Below are positions 1 to 12,056 of a stretch of 32,000 nt of DNA, one piece after another. The DNA is from Magnetococcales bacterium (GTDB lineage: Bacteria > Pseudomonadota > Magnetococcia > Magnetococcales > JADFYX01), in NCBI GenBank assembly GCA_002753565.1, contig PEAM01000033.1:5944-37943 (forward strand), given 5' to 3'. The notes beneath the pieces were generated by a model. It was not told where the DNA came from. It was given only the letters and a program-made list of their open reading frames with translations, and ran no database searches. The translations under genes and the position numbers were made by a program. How positions within the stretch are numbered: the stretch's first letter is position 1; the number at the start of each line of letters is the position of its first letter.

Positions 1-15
1 GCGAGTGTTCGACAT
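1..15 (-). CDS. rpsE: 30S ribosomal protein S5, N-terminal codons only (runs off window)
   Basis: Reverse complement of 1-15 is ATG TCG AAC ACT CGC, preceded by an AGGAG ribosome-binding site. Identity comes mainly from its position downstream of rplR in the spc operon; only 5 codons are visible. Confidence 0.55.
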
Positions 16-125
16 TGCTGCTCCTAATAATCCTTATTTTTATGAACTCGTTGATCTTATCATGAGGAAAAATACCAACACGAACAATCAAACGTCACTT
101 TCACATCAAAAAATTTTGATTTGCA

Positions 126-491
126 TCAAAAATCAAGACCACCTTCTCTCGCAGCTTCTGCAAGAACCCGCACCCGACCATGATAGAGAAATCCTCCCCG
201 ATCGAATACGACAGCGCTGATTTTTTTCTCCAAAGCTTTTTTGGCAATCAACTTTCCAACCGCAATGGCTGCGTCTTTGTTACCACCACTTTGGATAGAA
301 TCCTTGATCTCTTTTTCAAGAGTCGAGGCTGAAGCCAGTGTACGGCCTTGTGTATCATCAATAATCTGCGCGTAGATATTGCATGAACTACGATAAATGG
401 AAAGACGCGGGCGATCCTGCCTAACCTGGCGAATCTTGTAGCGTACTCGCTTGCCTCTAGCCTTACGTGAACTTTGTCGATCCTTCGCCAT
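126..491 (-). CDS. rplR: 50S ribosomal protein L18
   Basis: [24 protein letters not shown]...[20 protein letters not shown]...[28 protein letters not shown] is L18-like. ATG at 491 is preferred over the GTG at 494. Confidence 0.97.
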   Translation of the reverse strand: MAKDRQSSRKARGKRVRYKIRQVRQDRPRLSIYRSSCNIYAQIIDDTQGRTLASASTLEKEIKDSIQSGGNKDAAIAVGKLIAKKALEKKISAVVFDRGGFLYHGRVRVLAEAAREGGLDF

Positions 492-509
492 CACTTCATC
501 CTCTCACAG

Positions 510-1043
510 TTACTTCTTCTTGCCTTCTTTTCTAAGAATGTACTCACCTTCGTAACGGATTCCCTTACCCTTATAAGGCTCAGGTGGTCGATATTGACGA
601 ATTTCAGCACAAACTTGACCAATCACCTCAGGGTCAATGCCCTTAACGATGACTCTCGTATTTTTCTCTACAACCACCTCAATTCCATCAGGAAGAAGGT
701 AGTTGACCGGATGGGAAAAACCCAGAGTAAGTTGAAGTGACCTTCCACTTACTGCTGCTCTATAACCAACACCATTAATTTCAAGGACTTTCTCAAAACC
801 CTCGGAAACACCTTTAACCATGTTATTAAGCAGGGCTCTTGAAAGCCCCCAAATGGCAGTGTTTGCACGGTTACTGGCAGATGGCTTGACAACAACGGTC
901 TCATTTTCAATCTCAATCAGAACATTACTGTGAAAGTCACGGCTTATAGAGCCAAGCTTTCCTTTAACGTGAACATTCTGTTTATTGATTTTAATCTCCA
1001 CACCGCTCGGTATGGTTACCGGATTTTTACCAATTCGACTCAT
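510..1043 (-). CDS. rplF: 50S ribosomal protein L6
   Basis: MSRIGKNPVTIPSGVEI...PEPYKGKGIRYEGEYILRKEGKKK is typical L6, in spc order. Confidence 0.98.
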   Translation of the reverse strand: MSRIGKNPVTIPSGVEIKINKQNVHVKGKLGSISRDFHSNVLIEIENETVVVKPSASNRANTAIWGLSRALLNNMVKGVSEGFEKVLEINGVGYRAAVSGRSLQLTLGFSHPVNYLLPDGIEVVVEKNTRVIVKGIDPEVIGQVCAEIRQYRPPEPYKGKGIRYEGEYILRKEGKKK

Positions 1044-1057
1044 TATCTATCTCTAAC

Positions 1058-1456
1058 CTAGAAGAGTGTGCAGATTACTTCACCACCAAGACCAAGCTTA
1101 AAAGCCTCTTTTCCCGACATCATTCCCTTGCTTGTCGAGAGAATGGTGATGCCAAGTCCCTGATAGACACGGGGAATATCATTTCTGGAGACATATCTCC
1201 GTCTACCTGGTTTAGAGATCCGGGTAATCTCCTCAATAACAGACTGGTTTTGATAATATTTCAACTTAAGTCGAAAATATCTTTCACCCTGTACTGCTTC
1301 AGGTTCCACCATCTCTTCAACATACCCTTCCGACACCAAAATCTTAGCAATACTCACTTTGACTTTAGAAGCAGGTATATCCACATGGGACTTGCGAACA
1401 AGTTGAGCGTTTCGAATTCGAGTCAACATATCGCTGACTGGATCGGTCATTCCCAT
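1058..1456 (-). CDS. rpsH: 30S ribosomal protein S8
   Basis: MTDPVSDMLTRIRNAQ...STSKGMMSGKEAFKLGLGGEVICTLF. The start could instead be the ATG at 1450. Confidence 0.97.
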   Translation of the reverse strand: MGMTDPVSDMLTRIRNAQLVRKSHVDIPASKVKVSIAKILVSEGYVEEMVEPEAVQGERYFRLKLKYYQNQSVIEEITRISKPGRRRYVSRNDIPRVYQGLGITILSTSKGMMSGKEAFKLGLGGEVICTLF

Positions 1457-1536
1457 TTATGATACTCCAAAAAATTTGGCTCAATCAGCCACTTTATTCT
1501 AACTTAATCGACTAAAACGTCACACATATACTCAGG

Positions 1537-1722
1537 TTACCAAGATGCCTTAACAACTCCTGGTACATGACCATCTAAAGCCATGGTACGGAAGCAGATA
1601 CGGCACAAGGTAAATTTACGAATATACCCTCTTGGCCTGCCACACCGCGCACATCTATTATAAGCACGAACAGCATATTTAGGTTTCCGCTTCCACTTAG
1701 CTACTATCGATTTCTTTGCCAT
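1537..1722 (-). CDS. rpsN: 30S ribosomal protein S14, short zinc-binding (type Z) form
   Basis: 61 aa, [61 protein letters not shown], with CxxC...CxxC. Confidence 0.97.
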   Translation of the reverse strand: MAKKSIVAKWKRKPKYAVRAYNRCARCGRPRGYIRKFTLCRICFRTMALDGHVPGVVKASW

Positions 1723-1746
1723 GAGATACTCTTTTCCTCAATACTA

Positions 1747-2286
1747 TCAGCTAATGAATGGCATGCTAAATCCTCGTAACAAGGACTTAGCTTCTGCATC
1801 ATTGGTTGCTGTTGTCACGATTACGATATCCATTCCTCGTACCGCATCGACCTTGTCATAATCAATTTCTGGAAAAATGATCTGTTCTTTGATTCCCAAA
1901 GCATAGTTGCCGCGACCATCAAAGGATTTACCGGAAACTCCACGGAAATCACGGACTCGAGGCAATGCCGTATTGATCAGACGGTCAAGAAATTCATACA
2001 TTTTGTCACGACGAAGGGTCACCTTACAACCAATAGGTTGTCCATCCCGGATCTTAAACCCAGCAACAGACTTTTTGGCTTTGGTGATAATCGCACTCTG
2101 TCCTGATATGGCCGTCATATCGGAGACCGCTCCATTTAGAGCGTTCTTATCCGAAATGGCTTCACCCACCCCCATATTGATGACAATTTTTTCCAACTGC
2201 GGTACCTGCATGACATTTTTGTACGAGAACTCTTTTACGAGTGCGGGTACAACAGTTTTTTTATAATGATCTCTTAATCTTGTCAT
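1747..2286 (-). CDS. rplE: 50S ribosomal protein L5
   Basis: [20 protein letters not shown]...[10 protein letters not shown]. The track ORF extends to 2328, but the ATG at 2286 has a GGAA-type RBS and matches the usual L5 start. Confidence 0.95.
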   Translation of the reverse strand: MTRLRDHYKKTVVPALVKEFSYKNVMQVPQLEKIVINMGVGEAISDKNALNGAVSDMTAISGQSAIITKAKKSVAGFKIRDGQPIGCKVTLRRDKMYEFLDRLINTALPRVRDFRGVSGKSFDGRGNYALGIKEQIIFPEIDYDKVDAVRGMDIVIVTTATNDAEAKSLLRGFSMPFIS

Positions 2287-2370
2287 CTTCCTATTCCTAA
2301 TTGATACAGACTGGTCCTGATACAGCACAACTTAGTGTGCGCCGATCCGGTATTGAAAAAAAGTAGTTGA

Positions 2371-2700
2371 CTACTTGTCCAACACCTCACCTGAGCCCGC
2401 AGCACTACGAACCTTACGTCCATCTTCCAGGACTTTGTGAGAAATTCTCACACCTTTACCACTTACTGTCTCATAAAACATCACATTGGATATATGAATC
2501 GGTGCCTCTTTTTCGACAATGCCGCCTTCATTTTTCTGATCCTGCTTGGTGTGACGTTTCATCATGTTGACATTCTCAACAAGAACCGAACTCTTTTTCG
2601 GTAGCATTTTAAGAATGCGGCCCTGCTTACCTTTATCTTTACCTGTCCGAACAATGACAGTATCGCCTTTTTTAAGGCTGGTTTTAAAGTTCTTATTCAT
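2371..2700 (-). CDS. rplX: 50S ribosomal protein L24
   Basis: [43 protein letters not shown] is an L24 KOW motif, in spc order. Confidence 0.97.
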   Translation of the reverse strand: MNKNFKTSLKKGDTVIVRTGKDKGKQGRILKMLPKKSSVLVENVNMMKRHTKQDQKNEGGIVEKEAPIHISNVMFYETVSGKGVRISHKVLEDGRKVRSAAGSGEVLDK

Positions 2701-2749
2701 TCTTGATTCACCTGTTTGCTTTTCAGCAAAAGATCTAATTCAGTAGTTC

Positions 2750-3118
2750 CTAGAGTACTTCAGGAGCCAGAGATATGATCTTCATATAATTACGACTTCT
2801 CAACTCTCTGGTAACCGGCCCGAAAATTCTCGTTCCGACTGGCTCTCCCTGAGCGTTGATCAGCACGGCCGCATTCGTATCAAAACGAATGTAACTGCCA
2901 TCATCCCGATTAATCTCTTTTTTGGTCCGAACAACCACAGCCTTGGCAATATCACCCTTTTTGACCTTACCTCGAGGAATCGCCGATTTTACAGATACTG
3001 CAATCACATCACCGACACGAGCATAACGTCGTTTGGAACCGCCAAGAACCTTGATACATTGAATTTTCTTGGCTCCCGAGTTATCGGCAACATCAAGAAC
3101 GCTCTCAACTTGAATCAT
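2750..3118 (-). CDS. rplN: 50S ribosomal protein L14
   Basis: [39 protein letters not shown]...[14 protein letters not shown]. Confidence 0.98.
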   Translation of the reverse strand: MIQVESVLDVADNSGAKKIQCIKVLGGSKRRYARVGDVIAVSVKSAIPRGKVKKGDIAKAVVVRTKKEINRDDGSYIRFDTNAAVLINAQGEPVGTRIFGPVTRELRSRNYMKIISLAPEVL

Positions 3119-3354
3119 GTCGTTGCTCCTTCCAACACCATCCAGCGTTTCTGCTTGCTGATGGGATTACACTCTTGAATCTTGACGACATCGCCTTCAT
3201 GAAAAGCATTATTAGGATCATGGGCTTTGTAGCGTTTGGAGCGTTGCATGATTTTACCGTACAGGTTGTGTTTGATTTTTCGATCAACCCGAACGACAAC
3301 CGTCTTCTCCATTTTGTCGCTGACCACGACGCCCTGCAAAATACGTTGGGCCAT
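3115..3354 (-). CDS. rpsQ: 30S ribosomal protein S17
   Basis: [29 protein letters not shown]...[15 protein letters not shown]; start overlaps the rplN stop by 4 nt in the usual sense. Confidence 0.97.
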   Translation of the reverse strand: MAQRILQGVVVSDKMEKTVVVRVDRKIKHNLYGKIMQRSKRYKAHDPNNAFHEGDVVKIQECNPISKQKRWMVLEGATT

Positions 3355-3356
3355 GG

Positions 3357-3560
3357 TTAAGCCTCCTCTTCCTGTGCTTTTCTGGCACTCACAATCGTCT
3401 TGATTCTTGCGATATCCTTCTTGACACGGGATATCATTGCCGTATTCTCTAGCTGAGCTGTTGCATTTTGAAAGCGCAGCTTAAAAGCTTCCTGGTTCAA
3501 CTCTTCCATCTTTGCAGACAACTCTTCACTAGACATTTCCCGAATCTCAGATGCTTTCAT
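3357..3560 (-). CDS. rpmC: 50S ribosomal protein L29
   Basis: [40 protein letters not shown]...[17 protein letters not shown]. Confidence 0.97.
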   Translation of the reverse strand: MKASEIREMSSEELSAKMEELNQEAFKLRFQNATAQLENTAMISRVKKDIARIKTIVSARKAQEEEA

Positions 3561-3979
3561 CAGGCTGTCCTCCGAAGATTGACAAATTTGGTCGGTATAG
3601 GAAGTTTCGCGGCTGCTCTCGCCATGGCATCTCTTGCCAACTCTTCAGAAACACCCTCCATCTCATAGAGAATGCGACCAGGTTTGACACGAGCAATCCA
3701 ATACTCAACGTTACCTTTACCCTTACCCTGACGGACTTCAGCTGGCTTGCTGGAGACAGGTACATTGGGGAACATTCGAATCCAGATACGTCCACCTCTT
3801 TTGATGTGACGTGTCATGGCGCGACGAGCTGCCTCAATTTGTCGACCTGTAATCCGACCTGCTGACATGGCTTTCAAACCATACTGGCCAAAAGTCAATT
3901 CTGATGCTTTATAGGCCAATCCGTGAATTCGGCCTTTGTGGGCCTTACGGTATTTTGTTCTTTTAGGTTGCAACAACAT
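3560..3979 (-). CDS. rplP: 50S ribosomal protein L16
   Basis: [37 protein letters not shown]...[27 protein letters not shown]. Confidence 0.98.
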   Translation of the reverse strand: MLLQPKRTKYRKAHKGRIHGLAYKASELTFGQYGLKAMSAGRITGRQIEAARRAMTRHIKRGGRIWIRMFPNVPVSSKPAEVRQGKGKGNVEYWIARVKPGRILYEMEGVSEELARDAMARAAAKLPIPTKFVNLRRTA

Positions 3980-3991
3980 GGGAATCTACCC

Positions 3992-4633
3992 TCAGCTCAT
4001 CTTGTCCTTATCTATGATCTCACCTTTGAAGACCCAAACTTTAACGCCAATGATTCCGTAGGCGGTAAGGGCTCTTGAGAGACCATAATCTATGTCAGCA
4101 CGCAAGGTGTGAAGAGGAACTCTTCCCTCACGATACCACTCTACACGTGCAATCTCACCACCACCCAACCGTCCCGAGCAGTTGATCCGAATACCCTCTG
4201 CTCCCAACCGCATGGCAGAAGTAACAGAGCGCTTCATGGCTCGGCGAAAAGCAACCCGACGAATTAATTGCTGAGATATGCTATCGGCAATCAACTGGGC
4301 GTCTGCTTCCGGCTTCCTAACCTCAACAATGTTGAGTTGAACCTCGGTATTGGCTATTTGGGAAATATCGTTTTTAAGCTTCTCGATATCTACCCCCTTC
4401 TTGCCAATAATAATTCCAGGCCGCGCCGAATGAATGTTGATCCGTGCTTTCTTGGCTGGGCGCTCGATAATAATTTTGGATACACTTGCATGTTCCAATC
4501 TCGCATGCAGCCATTTACGCAACTTGTCGTCCTCAAGAAGCAGGCTTGCATAACTTTTATCTGCATACCAACGATTGTCCCACGTCTTGGTTACCCCGAG
4601 ACGAAAGCCGACTGGATGTACCTTCTGGCCCAT
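3992..4633 (-). CDS. rpsC: 30S ribosomal protein S3
   Basis: [26 protein letters not shown]...[12 protein letters not shown]...[14 protein letters not shown]. Confidence 0.98.
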   Translation of the reverse strand: MGQKVHPVGFRLGVTKTWDNRWYADKSYASLLLEDDKLRKWLHARLEHASVSKIIIERPAKKARINIHSARPGIIIGKKGVDIEKLKNDISQIANTEVQLNIVEVRKPEADAQLIADSISQQLIRRVAFRRAMKRSVTSAMRLGAEGIRINCSGRLGGGEIARVEWYREGRVPLHTLRADIDYGLSRALTAYGIIGVKVWVFKGEIIDKDKMS

Positions 4634-4667
4634 TTATCACTACTCCATCTTTTTTTCAGGCGATACC

Positions 4668-5003
4668 CTAGTCAACTGATCTGACTGCCAGGGTAACATG
4701 TGATGTTCTTTTCAAAATTCGGCTTGCTCGTCCTCTTGCCCGGGGACGAAAACGTTTCAATGTCGGGCCTGAATCCACAAAGGCTCTTGATACAATCAGG
4801 GTATCAACATCCATTCCATGGGTATCTTCTGCATTGGCTACCGCAGATTTCAGGATATCCTGTACATATTTAGATGCACGTTTCTTGGAGAACTGAAGCA
4901 CTTGTAGTGCTGATTCTACATTCAAACCGCGGATCTGATCTATGATAGGTCTCACCTTTGTCGGTGATACTCTAAGATTTTTTAGTGATGCTATCGCTTC
5001 CAT
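4668..5003 (-). CDS. rplV: 50S ribosomal protein L22
   Basis: LKNLRVSPTKVRPIIDQIRGLNVESALQVLQFSKKRA...GPTLKRFRPRARGRASRILKRTSHVTLAV. Confidence 0.97.
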   Translation of the reverse strand: MEAIASLKNLRVSPTKVRPIIDQIRGLNVESALQVLQFSKKRASKYVQDILKSAVANAEDTHGMDVDTLIVSRAFVDSGPTLKRFRPRARGRASRILKRTSHVTLAVRSVD

Positions 5004-5015
5004 TAAACCGACTCC

Positions 5016-5291
5016 TTAGCGACCCGCTTTCTTATCACCAGCGTGGCCATGATAGGTCCGCGTTGGTGAAAATTCGCCTAGCTTATGTCCAACCATATTC
5101 TCTGTAACCAGCACAGGAATAAATTTTCTTCCATTATGAACGCCGAAGGTAAATCCGACGAAATCTGGAATGATGGTAGATCTTCTAGACCAGGTCTTTA
5201 CCAACTCTTTGCGACCATCTACCCGCATTTTTTGTACACGAGTTAGCAAAAACTCATCGTAAAATGGACCTTTTTTAATTGACCGTGCCAC
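5016..5291 (-). CDS. rpsS: 30S ribosomal protein S19
   Basis: [16 protein letters not shown]...[51 protein letters not shown]. Confidence 0.98.
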   Translation of the reverse strand: MARSIKKGPFYDEFLLTRVQKMRVDGRKELVKTWSRRSTIIPDFVGFTFGVHNGRKFIPVLVTENMVGHKLGEFSPTRTYHGHAGDKKAGR

Positions 5292-5330
5292 ACATCACCT
5301 CATTTTCAAGAAACTTGACTTTGTACTCTT

Positions 5331-6152
5331 CTAGCGGCGTCGCATGATCAAACGATCAGACGATTTACCTTTTTTACGAGTCTTCTTGCCTTTTGTCGGA
5401 ACACCCCATGGGGTTACCGGATGGCGTCCACCAGAGGTTCTACCCTCACCACCGCCATGAGGATGATCAACTGGATTCATTACAACACCACGAACCGATG
5501 GACGAAAACCTTGCCATCTGGTACGGCCTGCCTTACCCAGTTTGATGTTACCGTGGTCTGAGTTGGATACAAAACCAATGGTAGCTCGGCAATCCAATAA
5601 GACCATACGCATCTCACCTGATGGTAATTTGATCTGTGCGTACTTTCCCTCTTTACCCATCAACTGAACAGAGTTGCCGGCGGATCGAGCGATCTGTCCA
5701 CCCTTCTCCGGTTTCAACTCAACGTTGTGTACGATGGTGCCAACAGGAATACTTCGTAAAGGCATCGCATTGCCGGGTTTAACCTCGACACTCTTTCCAG
5801 AGACCAACTCATCACCCGCTGCAACACGTTGGGGGGCCAATATATACCGTTTTTCCCCATCTGCATAGTGCAATAACGCAATAAAAGCCGTTCTATTCGG
5901 ATCATACTCAATGGAAGCAACTCGACCTACCACGTCAAATTTATCCCGCTTGAAATCGATGATACGATACCTTCTCTTGTGGCCACCACCACGATGACGT
6001 ACCGTCATCCGACCGTAGTTATTACGGCCACCTTTTTTGGTGATGCCTTCAAGAAGGCTGGACTCAGGCCTGACATTGGACAACGTCGAGTAGTCAACAG
6101 AAACCTGAGTTCGTTTCCCGTTTGACGTTGCTTTATAATTTTTCAATCCCAT
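5331..6152 (-). CDS. rplB: 50S ribosomal protein L2
   Basis: [24 protein letters not shown]...[40 protein letters not shown]. Confidence 0.98.
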   Translation of the reverse strand: MGLKNYKATSNGKRTQVSVDYSTLSNVRPESSLLEGITKKGGRNNYGRMTVRHRGGGHKRRYRIIDFKRDKFDVVGRVASIEYDPNRTAFIALLHYADGEKRYILAPQRVAAGDELVSGKSVEVKPGNAMPLRSIPVGTIVHNVELKPEKGGQIARSAGNSVQLMGKEGKYAQIKLPSGEMRMVLLDCRATIGFVSNSDHGNIKLGKAGRTRWQGFRPSVRGVVMNPVDHPHGGGEGRTSGGRHPVTPWGVPTKGKKTRKKGKSSDRLIMRRR

Positions 6153-6182
6153 TTCTTCGCTCCCGCTTACCGTTCATCCAAC

Positions 6183-6482
6183 CTACGCGCCGGCAAAGAA
6201 GTCGATGCTTTGACCCTCTTTAAGACGAACGATTGCCTTTTTCCAATCATTCCTACGGCCATTAGTTTGACCAAACCGTTTACTCTTACCTTTGATATTC
6301 ATGGTTTGGATCGAAACAACTTCGACCTTAAACAATTTTTCAACGGCAGCCTTGACCTGCTTTTTATTAGCCCCTTTGGCAACTCGAAAAACAACCTGGT
6401 TACCTTGTTCGTTACAGAGAGTAGACTTCTCCGTTACCTTGGGCGCAGATAAGATATTATATAAGGAGTATTGATCACTCAT
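6183..6482 (-). CDS. rplW: 50S ribosomal protein L23
   Basis: SAPKVTEKSTL...VVFRVAKGANKKQVKAAVEKLFKVEVVSIQTMNIKGKSKRFG; ATGA overlap with rplD. Confidence 0.97.
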   Translation of the reverse strand: MSDQYSLYNILSAPKVTEKSTLCNEQGNQVVFRVAKGANKKQVKAAVEKLFKVEVVSIQTMNIKGKSKRFGQTNGRRNDWKKAIVRLKEGQSIDFFAGA

Positions 6483-7102
6483 GCCAATTTCTCTTCAATC
6501 TTTTTTAAGGCTGATTCTGTAACGATTAAGTTCTCATGGGCCAATAGATCGTAAGCATTCACACCCTCTACCAGACATACTTTGATTCCAGGTATGTTTC
6601 GGCTGGACAGTGCAATCTTCTCATCCATCTCATCTAATACGATGATGGCCGACTTACCAACACCTAAATCACCAAGAATCTTAACCATCGACTTTGTGCT
6701 GACAGCCTCCAGAAGGAGACTCTCCAAGACAATCATTTCGGAACTATCAGCCTTTAAAGAGAGCGCTGTTTGCAATGCTAGACGACGCTCTTTCTTCAAC
6801 ATTTTAATTGAAAAATCCCGAGGACGTGGTCCAAACACAACACCACCGGAACGAAACTGGGGTGCACTGACGGTACCTTGCCGCGCATTACCTGTCCCCT
6901 TCTGACGGTAAGGTTTGTGACCGCCACCACGAATTTCTGAACGTCCTTTTGTGGAAGCAACACCACTTCGACGTGCAGCCAGCTGATAACCGACGATGCG
7001 GGAGAGAAGATCTTTTCTGATCTCTCTGCCAAACACAGCATCACTCAGCTCAATCCGCTTAAGCTCCTGGTTTGCAATATCTTTTACAGAATAATCAATC
7101 AT
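6479..7102 (-). CDS. rplD: 50S ribosomal protein L4
   Basis: VGYQLAARRSGVASTKGRSEIRGGGHKPYRQKGTGNARQGTVSAPQFRSGGVVFGPRPRDFS. Confidence 0.98.
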   Translation of the reverse strand: MIDYSVKDIANQELKRIELSDAVFGREIRKDLLSRIVGYQLAARRSGVASTKGRSEIRGGGHKPYRQKGTGNARQGTVSAPQFRSGGVVFGPRPRDFSIKMLKKERRLALQTALSLKADSSEMIVLESLLLEAVSTKSMVKILGDLGVGKSAIIVLDEMDEKIALSSRNIPGIKVCLVEGVNAYDLLAHENLIVTESALKKIEEKLA

Positions 7103-7116
7103 TTTACTGTCTCTGG

Positions 7117-7758
7117 CTATTGTGCAGCACTTCTTAATGAGTCGCGAACATAAACGACGGAACCTTTGGCGCCAGGAATACTTCCCTTAACGACAAGGAG
7201 ATTCTTTTCCACATCGATAGAAGCTACCTTCAAGTTGAGTATTGTTTGCGTATCAACACCCATATGTCCGGCCATCTTCTTGTTTTTATACACCCTACCA
7301 GGAGTCTGACACTGACCGATAGATCCTGGAGAACGGTGAGTACGGTGGGCACCGTGAGAAGCACGCCCTCCTCTAAATCCCCAACGCTTCACACTACCGG
7401 CAAATCCTTTACCGATGGTCTTCCCAGTTACATCGACCAGATTATCAACCGCATAATTTTCTACGGTTAAAGTCTGACCTACCTCATAACTTTGAGAGCT
7501 GTCTACCCTGAACTCACGAAGCACTTTTTTTACCGGAACATTAGCCTTAGCAAAATGGCCCTTTACCGGTTTTTGTGCTCGCGTGGGCTTGACATCTTCA
7601 AAACCAAGCTGGACGGCATTATAGCCGTGCTCTGCCTCGTTTTTCAGCATCACCACAGGACAGGGTCCTACCTGCAAAACCGTAACCGGTATCGCTTCAC
7701 CCTGTTCTGTAAATATACGCGTCATGCCGAGTTTCCGGCCTATTATTCCCGAGCGCAT
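7117..7758 (-). CDS. rplC: 50S ribosomal protein L3
   Basis: MRSGIIGRKLGMTRIFTEQGEAIPVTVLQVG...GQCQTPGRVYKNKKMAGHMG. The ATG at 7758 with AAAGGA RBS is preferred over the track start at 7812. Confidence 0.95.
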   Translation of the reverse strand: MRSGIIGRKLGMTRIFTEQGEAIPVTVLQVGPCPVVMLKNEAEHGYNAVQLGFEDVKPTRAQKPVKGHFAKANVPVKKVLREFRVDSSQSYEVGQTLTVENYAVDNLVDVTGKTIGKGFAGSVKRWGFRGGRASHGAHRTHRSPGSIGQCQTPGRVYKNKKMAGHMGVDTQTILNLKVASIDVEKNLLVVKGSIPGAKGSVVYVRDSLRSAAQ

Positions 7759-7821
7759 TGAATAATCCTTTCCATAATACTTATTCGACATTATGACAGT
7801 CGAAGTCATCAAGCCTTAATA

Positions 7822-8130
7822 CTAAAGCTTGATCTCTACATTAACGCCAGCAGCCAGATCCAACTTCATCAATGCATCTACAGTTTGCGGAGTTGGATTA
7901 ATTATATCAATTAATCTCTTATGTGTCCGAATCTCAAACTGTTCACGTGATTTTTTGTCTACGTGCGGTGAACGAAGCACCGTATAACGATTGATTTTAG
8001 TCGGTAGTGGAATTGGCCCACGGATCTCGGCACCAGTACGGCGGGCTGTTTGCACAATCTCACCCGTCGACTGATCTAGAATCCGGTGGTCGAATGCCTT
8101 CAACCGAATACGAATCTTCTGGTCATCCAT
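7822..8130 (-). CDS. rpsJ: 30S ribosomal protein S10
   Basis: [72 protein letters not shown]. Confidence 0.98.
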   Translation of the reverse strand: MDDQKIRIRLKAFDHRILDQSTGEIVQTARRTGAEIRGPIPLPTKINRYTVLRSPHVDKKSREQFEIRTHKRLIDIINPTPQTVDALMKLDLAAGVNVEIKL

Positions 8131-8185
8131 CCCGTTTTACCCCGACACTTTCCCAAAACATCTTAATCTTACACAATACCGTATG

Positions 8186-9376
8186 TTAGCCTAAAACTTC
8201 AGCAACAACCCCGGCACCTACCGTACGACCGCCTTCACGAATAGCGAAGCGCAAACCTTTCTCCATCGCAATCGGTGCGATCAAGTCCACATCCATGGAG
8301 ACATTGTCACCAGGCATAACCATCTCCGTCCCCTCCGGCAGAGTCAAAATGCCGGTTACATCCGTTGTACGGAAGTAAAACTGTGGACGATAGTTACTAA
8401 AGAATGGCGTATGACGCCCACCCTCTTCTTTAGTCAATATATAGCATTCAGCCTTGAACTTCTTGTGCGGTGTGATAGAACCCGGCTTAGCAAGCACCTG
8501 TCCACGCTGAACATCTTCTCTCTTGGTTCCTCGAAGCAAAACTCCAACATTGTCTCCGGCTTCACCCTGGTCTAGAAGCTTGCGAAACATCTCAACGCCG
8601 GTACAGGTAGTAACGGTCGTATCGGTCATCCCGACAATCTCAAGACTCTCACCCACTTTGACTACACCACGCTCAATTCGGCCCGTTACAACGGTTCCAC
8701 GGCCGGAGATGGTAAACACATCCTCAATCGGCATCAAAAAGGCGCCATCCAGTGCTCGCTCAGGTTGTGGAATGTAGTTATCCACCTCCTCCATCAATTT
8801 CTTGATGGAAGCTGCACCCATCTCCTCTTCGGAACCCTCAAGGGCTTTCAACGCAGAGCCAACGACGATGGGAATGTCGTCTCCTGGAAAATCATACTCA
8901 GAGAGCAACTCACGAATCTCAAGCTCGACCAACTCCAACAGCTCAGGGTCGTCAACTTGATCGGCCTTGTTCATATAAACAACCAGTGCCGGTACACCAA
9001 CCTGACGGGCCAGCAGAATGTGCTCACGTGTCTGGGGCATGGGACCGTCTGCTGCAGAGACAACCAGAATGGCGCCATCCATCTGGGCTGCACCGGTAAT
9101 CATGTTCTTGATGTAATCCGCATGGCCCGGGCAGTCAACATGGGCATAGTGACGGCTCTCGGTTTGATACTCAACATGGGCTGTTGAGATGGTAATGCCA
9201 CGCTCACGCTCTTCTGGAGCTGCGTCAATCTGGTCATACGCCTTAAACTCGGCGCCACCTGATTCTGCCAAAATCTTGGTAATGGCTGCTGTTAATGTGG
9301 TCTTACCGTGATCAACGTGACCAATGGTACCGACGTTAACATGCGGTTTAGAGCGATCAAATTTTTCTTTAGACAT
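8186..9376 (-). CDS. tufA: Elongation factor Tu, copy in the str operon
   Basis: [38 protein letters not shown]...; full-length 396 aa. Translation identical to 24840-26030. Confidence 0.99.
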   Translation of the reverse strand: MSKEKFDRSKPHVNVGTIGHVDHGKTTLTAAITKILAESGGAEFKAYDQIDAAPEERERGITISTAHVEYQTESRHYAHVDCPGHADYIKNMITGAAQMDGAILVVSAADGPMPQTREHILLARQVGVPALVVYMNKADQVDDPELLELVELEIRELLSEYDFPGDDIPIVVGSALKALEGSEEEMGAASIKKLMEEVDNYIPQPERALDGAFLMPIEDVFTISGRGTVVTGRIERGVVKVGESLEIVGMTDTTVTTCTGVEMFRKLLDQGEAGDNVGVLLRGTKREDVQRGQVLAKPGSITPHKKFKAECYILTKEEGGRHTPFFSNYRPQFYFRTTDVTGILTLPEGTEMVMPGDNVSMDVDLIAPIAMEKGLRFAIREGGRTVGAGVVAEVLG

Positions 9377-9386
9377 TTTATTCCCC

Positions 9387-11465
9387 TCAGCCCTTTAATT
9401 TTGCCACGATCTCTGCTGCAATGGCTTCTGGAACCTGTTCATAGTGGTCGAACTGCATGCTAAACGTTGCCCGACCTTGGGTTTGAGAACGAAGATCTGT
9501 TGCATAACCGAACATGTTCGCCAAAGGAACCATTGCTTTAACCAACTGACTACTACCAACTGCATCCATTCCCAGAATCTGACCGCGTCGAGAGTTCAGG
9601 TTGCCAATGATATCACCCATGTACTCTTCAGGCACTTCAACCTCGACCGACATAACAGGCTCCAAGAGTACCGCTCCGGCACGAAGACAACCAGCCTTGA
9701 TCGCCATGGAACCAGCCACCTTAAAGGCCATTTCATTGGAGTCAACATCATGGTAGGAACCGTCGTAAAGGGTAACCTTGACATCTACAACTGGAAAGCC
9801 AGCCTTAACACCACCCAGAAGCGTCTCTTCAACACCTTTATTGACCGGCTGAATATACTCTCTTGGTACCACGCCGCCTTTAATCTCATCGACAAACTCA
9901 TACCCGGCACCTGGCTCCTGAGGCTCAATCTTCAACCAGACATGACCGAATTGACCACGACCACCCGATTGACGTACAAAACGCCCCTCTTGCTCGACGG
10001 TCTTGGTGATGGTCTCGCGGTAGGCTACCTGAGGCTGACCAACATTGGCATCAACATTGAACTCACGCATCATGCGGTCAACCAAAATTTCCAGATGCAA
10101 CTCACCCATACCAGAAATAATGGTCTGGTTGGTCTCATGATCGACTTCAACGCGGAATGAAGGATCTTCCTTGGCCAACCGACCTAAAGCCGTACTCATT
10201 TTCTCTTGGTCGGCCTTGGTTTTTGGTTCAATGGCAATCGAGATAACAGGCTCTGGAAAATCCATTTTTTCCAAAATGATCTGCTTATCCGGGTCGCACA
10301 GTGTATCACCAGTTGTCGTATACTTCAACCCAACTGCAGCAGCAATATCTCCAGCACGGACCTCTTTTACATCTTCACGCTTGTTAGCATGCATCAGCAT
10401 AATGCGACCAACGCGCTCTTTTTTACCCTTAACAGGGTTGATAACGTAAGAACCGGACTCCAACACACCAGAGTAGACCCTGAAAAAAGTAAGAGAGCCC
10501 ACAAATGGATCAACCATGATTTTAAAGGCCAGCGCGGAAAAAGGCTCATCATCCGAGGCTTTTCTGCTGTCTGGCTTTTCACTATCTACCTTAAGACCCT
10601 CCACATCAGCTGTATCAGTGGGCGAAGGAAAATAGCTGACAACGGCATCGAGCAGTGGTTGAACACCCTTATTCTTAAAGGCAGACCCGCACATAACCGG
10701 GACAAAAGCGTTATTAAGAACAGCCATGCGAATACATTTCTTGAAGGAGTCGATACTAATCTCTTCCCCCTCAAGATATTTTTCCATCAAGGCATCATCT
10801 TGCTCAAGAGCGGTCTCCAGCAGTTTTTCCCTGTACTCTTCGACAGCATCCTGCATATCGGCGGGAATTTCAACAAGATCAAACTCAGCACCCAGACCAT
10901 CTTCGTGAAAGATCATCGCTTCACGTGTTACCAAATCAATCATTCCTCGGAAGTCGTCTTCTGCTCCGATAGGAAGTTGAAGTGGGAGAGCATTGGCACC
11001 AAGTCGATCACGCATCATCTCGACAACACGCAAAAAATCGGAACCCATGCGGTCCATTTTATTTACAAAGGCAATACGGGGAACATGATAACGGTCTGCT
11101 TGACGCCACACTGTCTCAGATTGCGGCTGTACACCACCTACTGAACAGAAAACCGCAACCGCACCATCCAGAACACGCAGCGAGCGCTCTACTTCGATGG
11201 TAAAGTCGACGTGACCAGGCGTATCAATGATATTGACACGATGATCTTTCCAAAAACAGGTTGTTGCAGCGGAAGTGATGGTAATACCACGCTCCTGCTC
11301 CTGCTCCATCCAGTCCATTGTTGCCGCACCGTCATGTACTTCACCAATCTTATGCGAACGACCGGTGTAATAAAGAACACGCTCAGTTACCGTCGTTTTG
11401 CCGGCATCAATATGAGCCATAATACCAATATTACGGACTCGATCGAGTGGTATTTCCCTAGCCAC
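9387..11465 (-). CDS. fusA: Elongation factor G
   Basis: [68 protein letters not shown]; 692 aa. Confidence 0.99.
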   Translation of the reverse strand: MAREIPLDRVRNIGIMAHIDAGKTTVTERVLYYTGRSHKIGEVHDGAATMDWMEQEQERGITITSAATTCFWKDHRVNIIDTPGHVDFTIEVERSLRVLDGAVAVFCSVGGVQPQSETVWRQADRYHVPRIAFVNKMDRMGSDFLRVVEMMRDRLGANALPLQLPIGAEDDFRGMIDLVTREAMIFHEDGLGAEFDLVEIPADMQDAVEEYREKLLETALEQDDALMEKYLEGEEISIDSFKKCIRMAVLNNAFVPVMCGSAFKNKGVQPLLDAVVSYFPSPTDTADVEGLKVDSEKPDSRKASDDEPFSALAFKIMVDPFVGSLTFFRVYSGVLESGSYVINPVKGKKERVGRIMLMHANKREDVKEVRAGDIAAAVGLKYTTTGDTLCDPDKQIILEKMDFPEPVISIAIEPKTKADQEKMSTALGRLAKEDPSFRVEVDHETNQTIISGMGELHLEILVDRMMREFNVDANVGQPQVAYRETITKTVEQEGRFVRQSGGRGQFGHVWLKIEPQEPGAGYEFVDEIKGGVVPREYIQPVNKGVEETLLGGVKAGFPVVDVKVTLYDGSYHDVDSNEMAFKVAGSMAIKAGCLRAGAVLLEPVMSVEVEVPEEYMGDIIGNLNSRRGQILGMDAVGSSQLVKAMVPLANMFGYATDLRSQTQGRATFSMQFDHYEQVPEAIAAEIVAKLKG

Positions 11466-11525
11466 TGTATTCCCCTGTCAAAGAACGATACTCAAACTAC
11501 ATAATTAAAACAAAAAAAACAAAAC

Positions 11526-12008
<483 letters not shown>

Positions 12009-12056
12009 TTACTCTGCTTTTATCTGACAATTAGACTGATATAAAATGGCCGTGAA

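Noticed and set aside
5-220. 71-aa plus-strand ORF at the left edge
   Set aside because: Overlaps the rpsE start and the rplR 3' end on the opposite strand; no family resemblance.
8523-9187. Plus-strand ORFs repeated exactly at 25177-25841, looking like a duplicated unknown gene pair
   Set aside because: They are antisense frames inside the two near-identical tuf genes, so the repetition comes from tuf duplication.
10206-11144. 312-aa plus-strand ORF antisense to fusA, and 238-aa ORF at 9444-10160
   Set aside because: Antisense shadow ORFs of an unambiguous fusA gene; composition is not protein-like.
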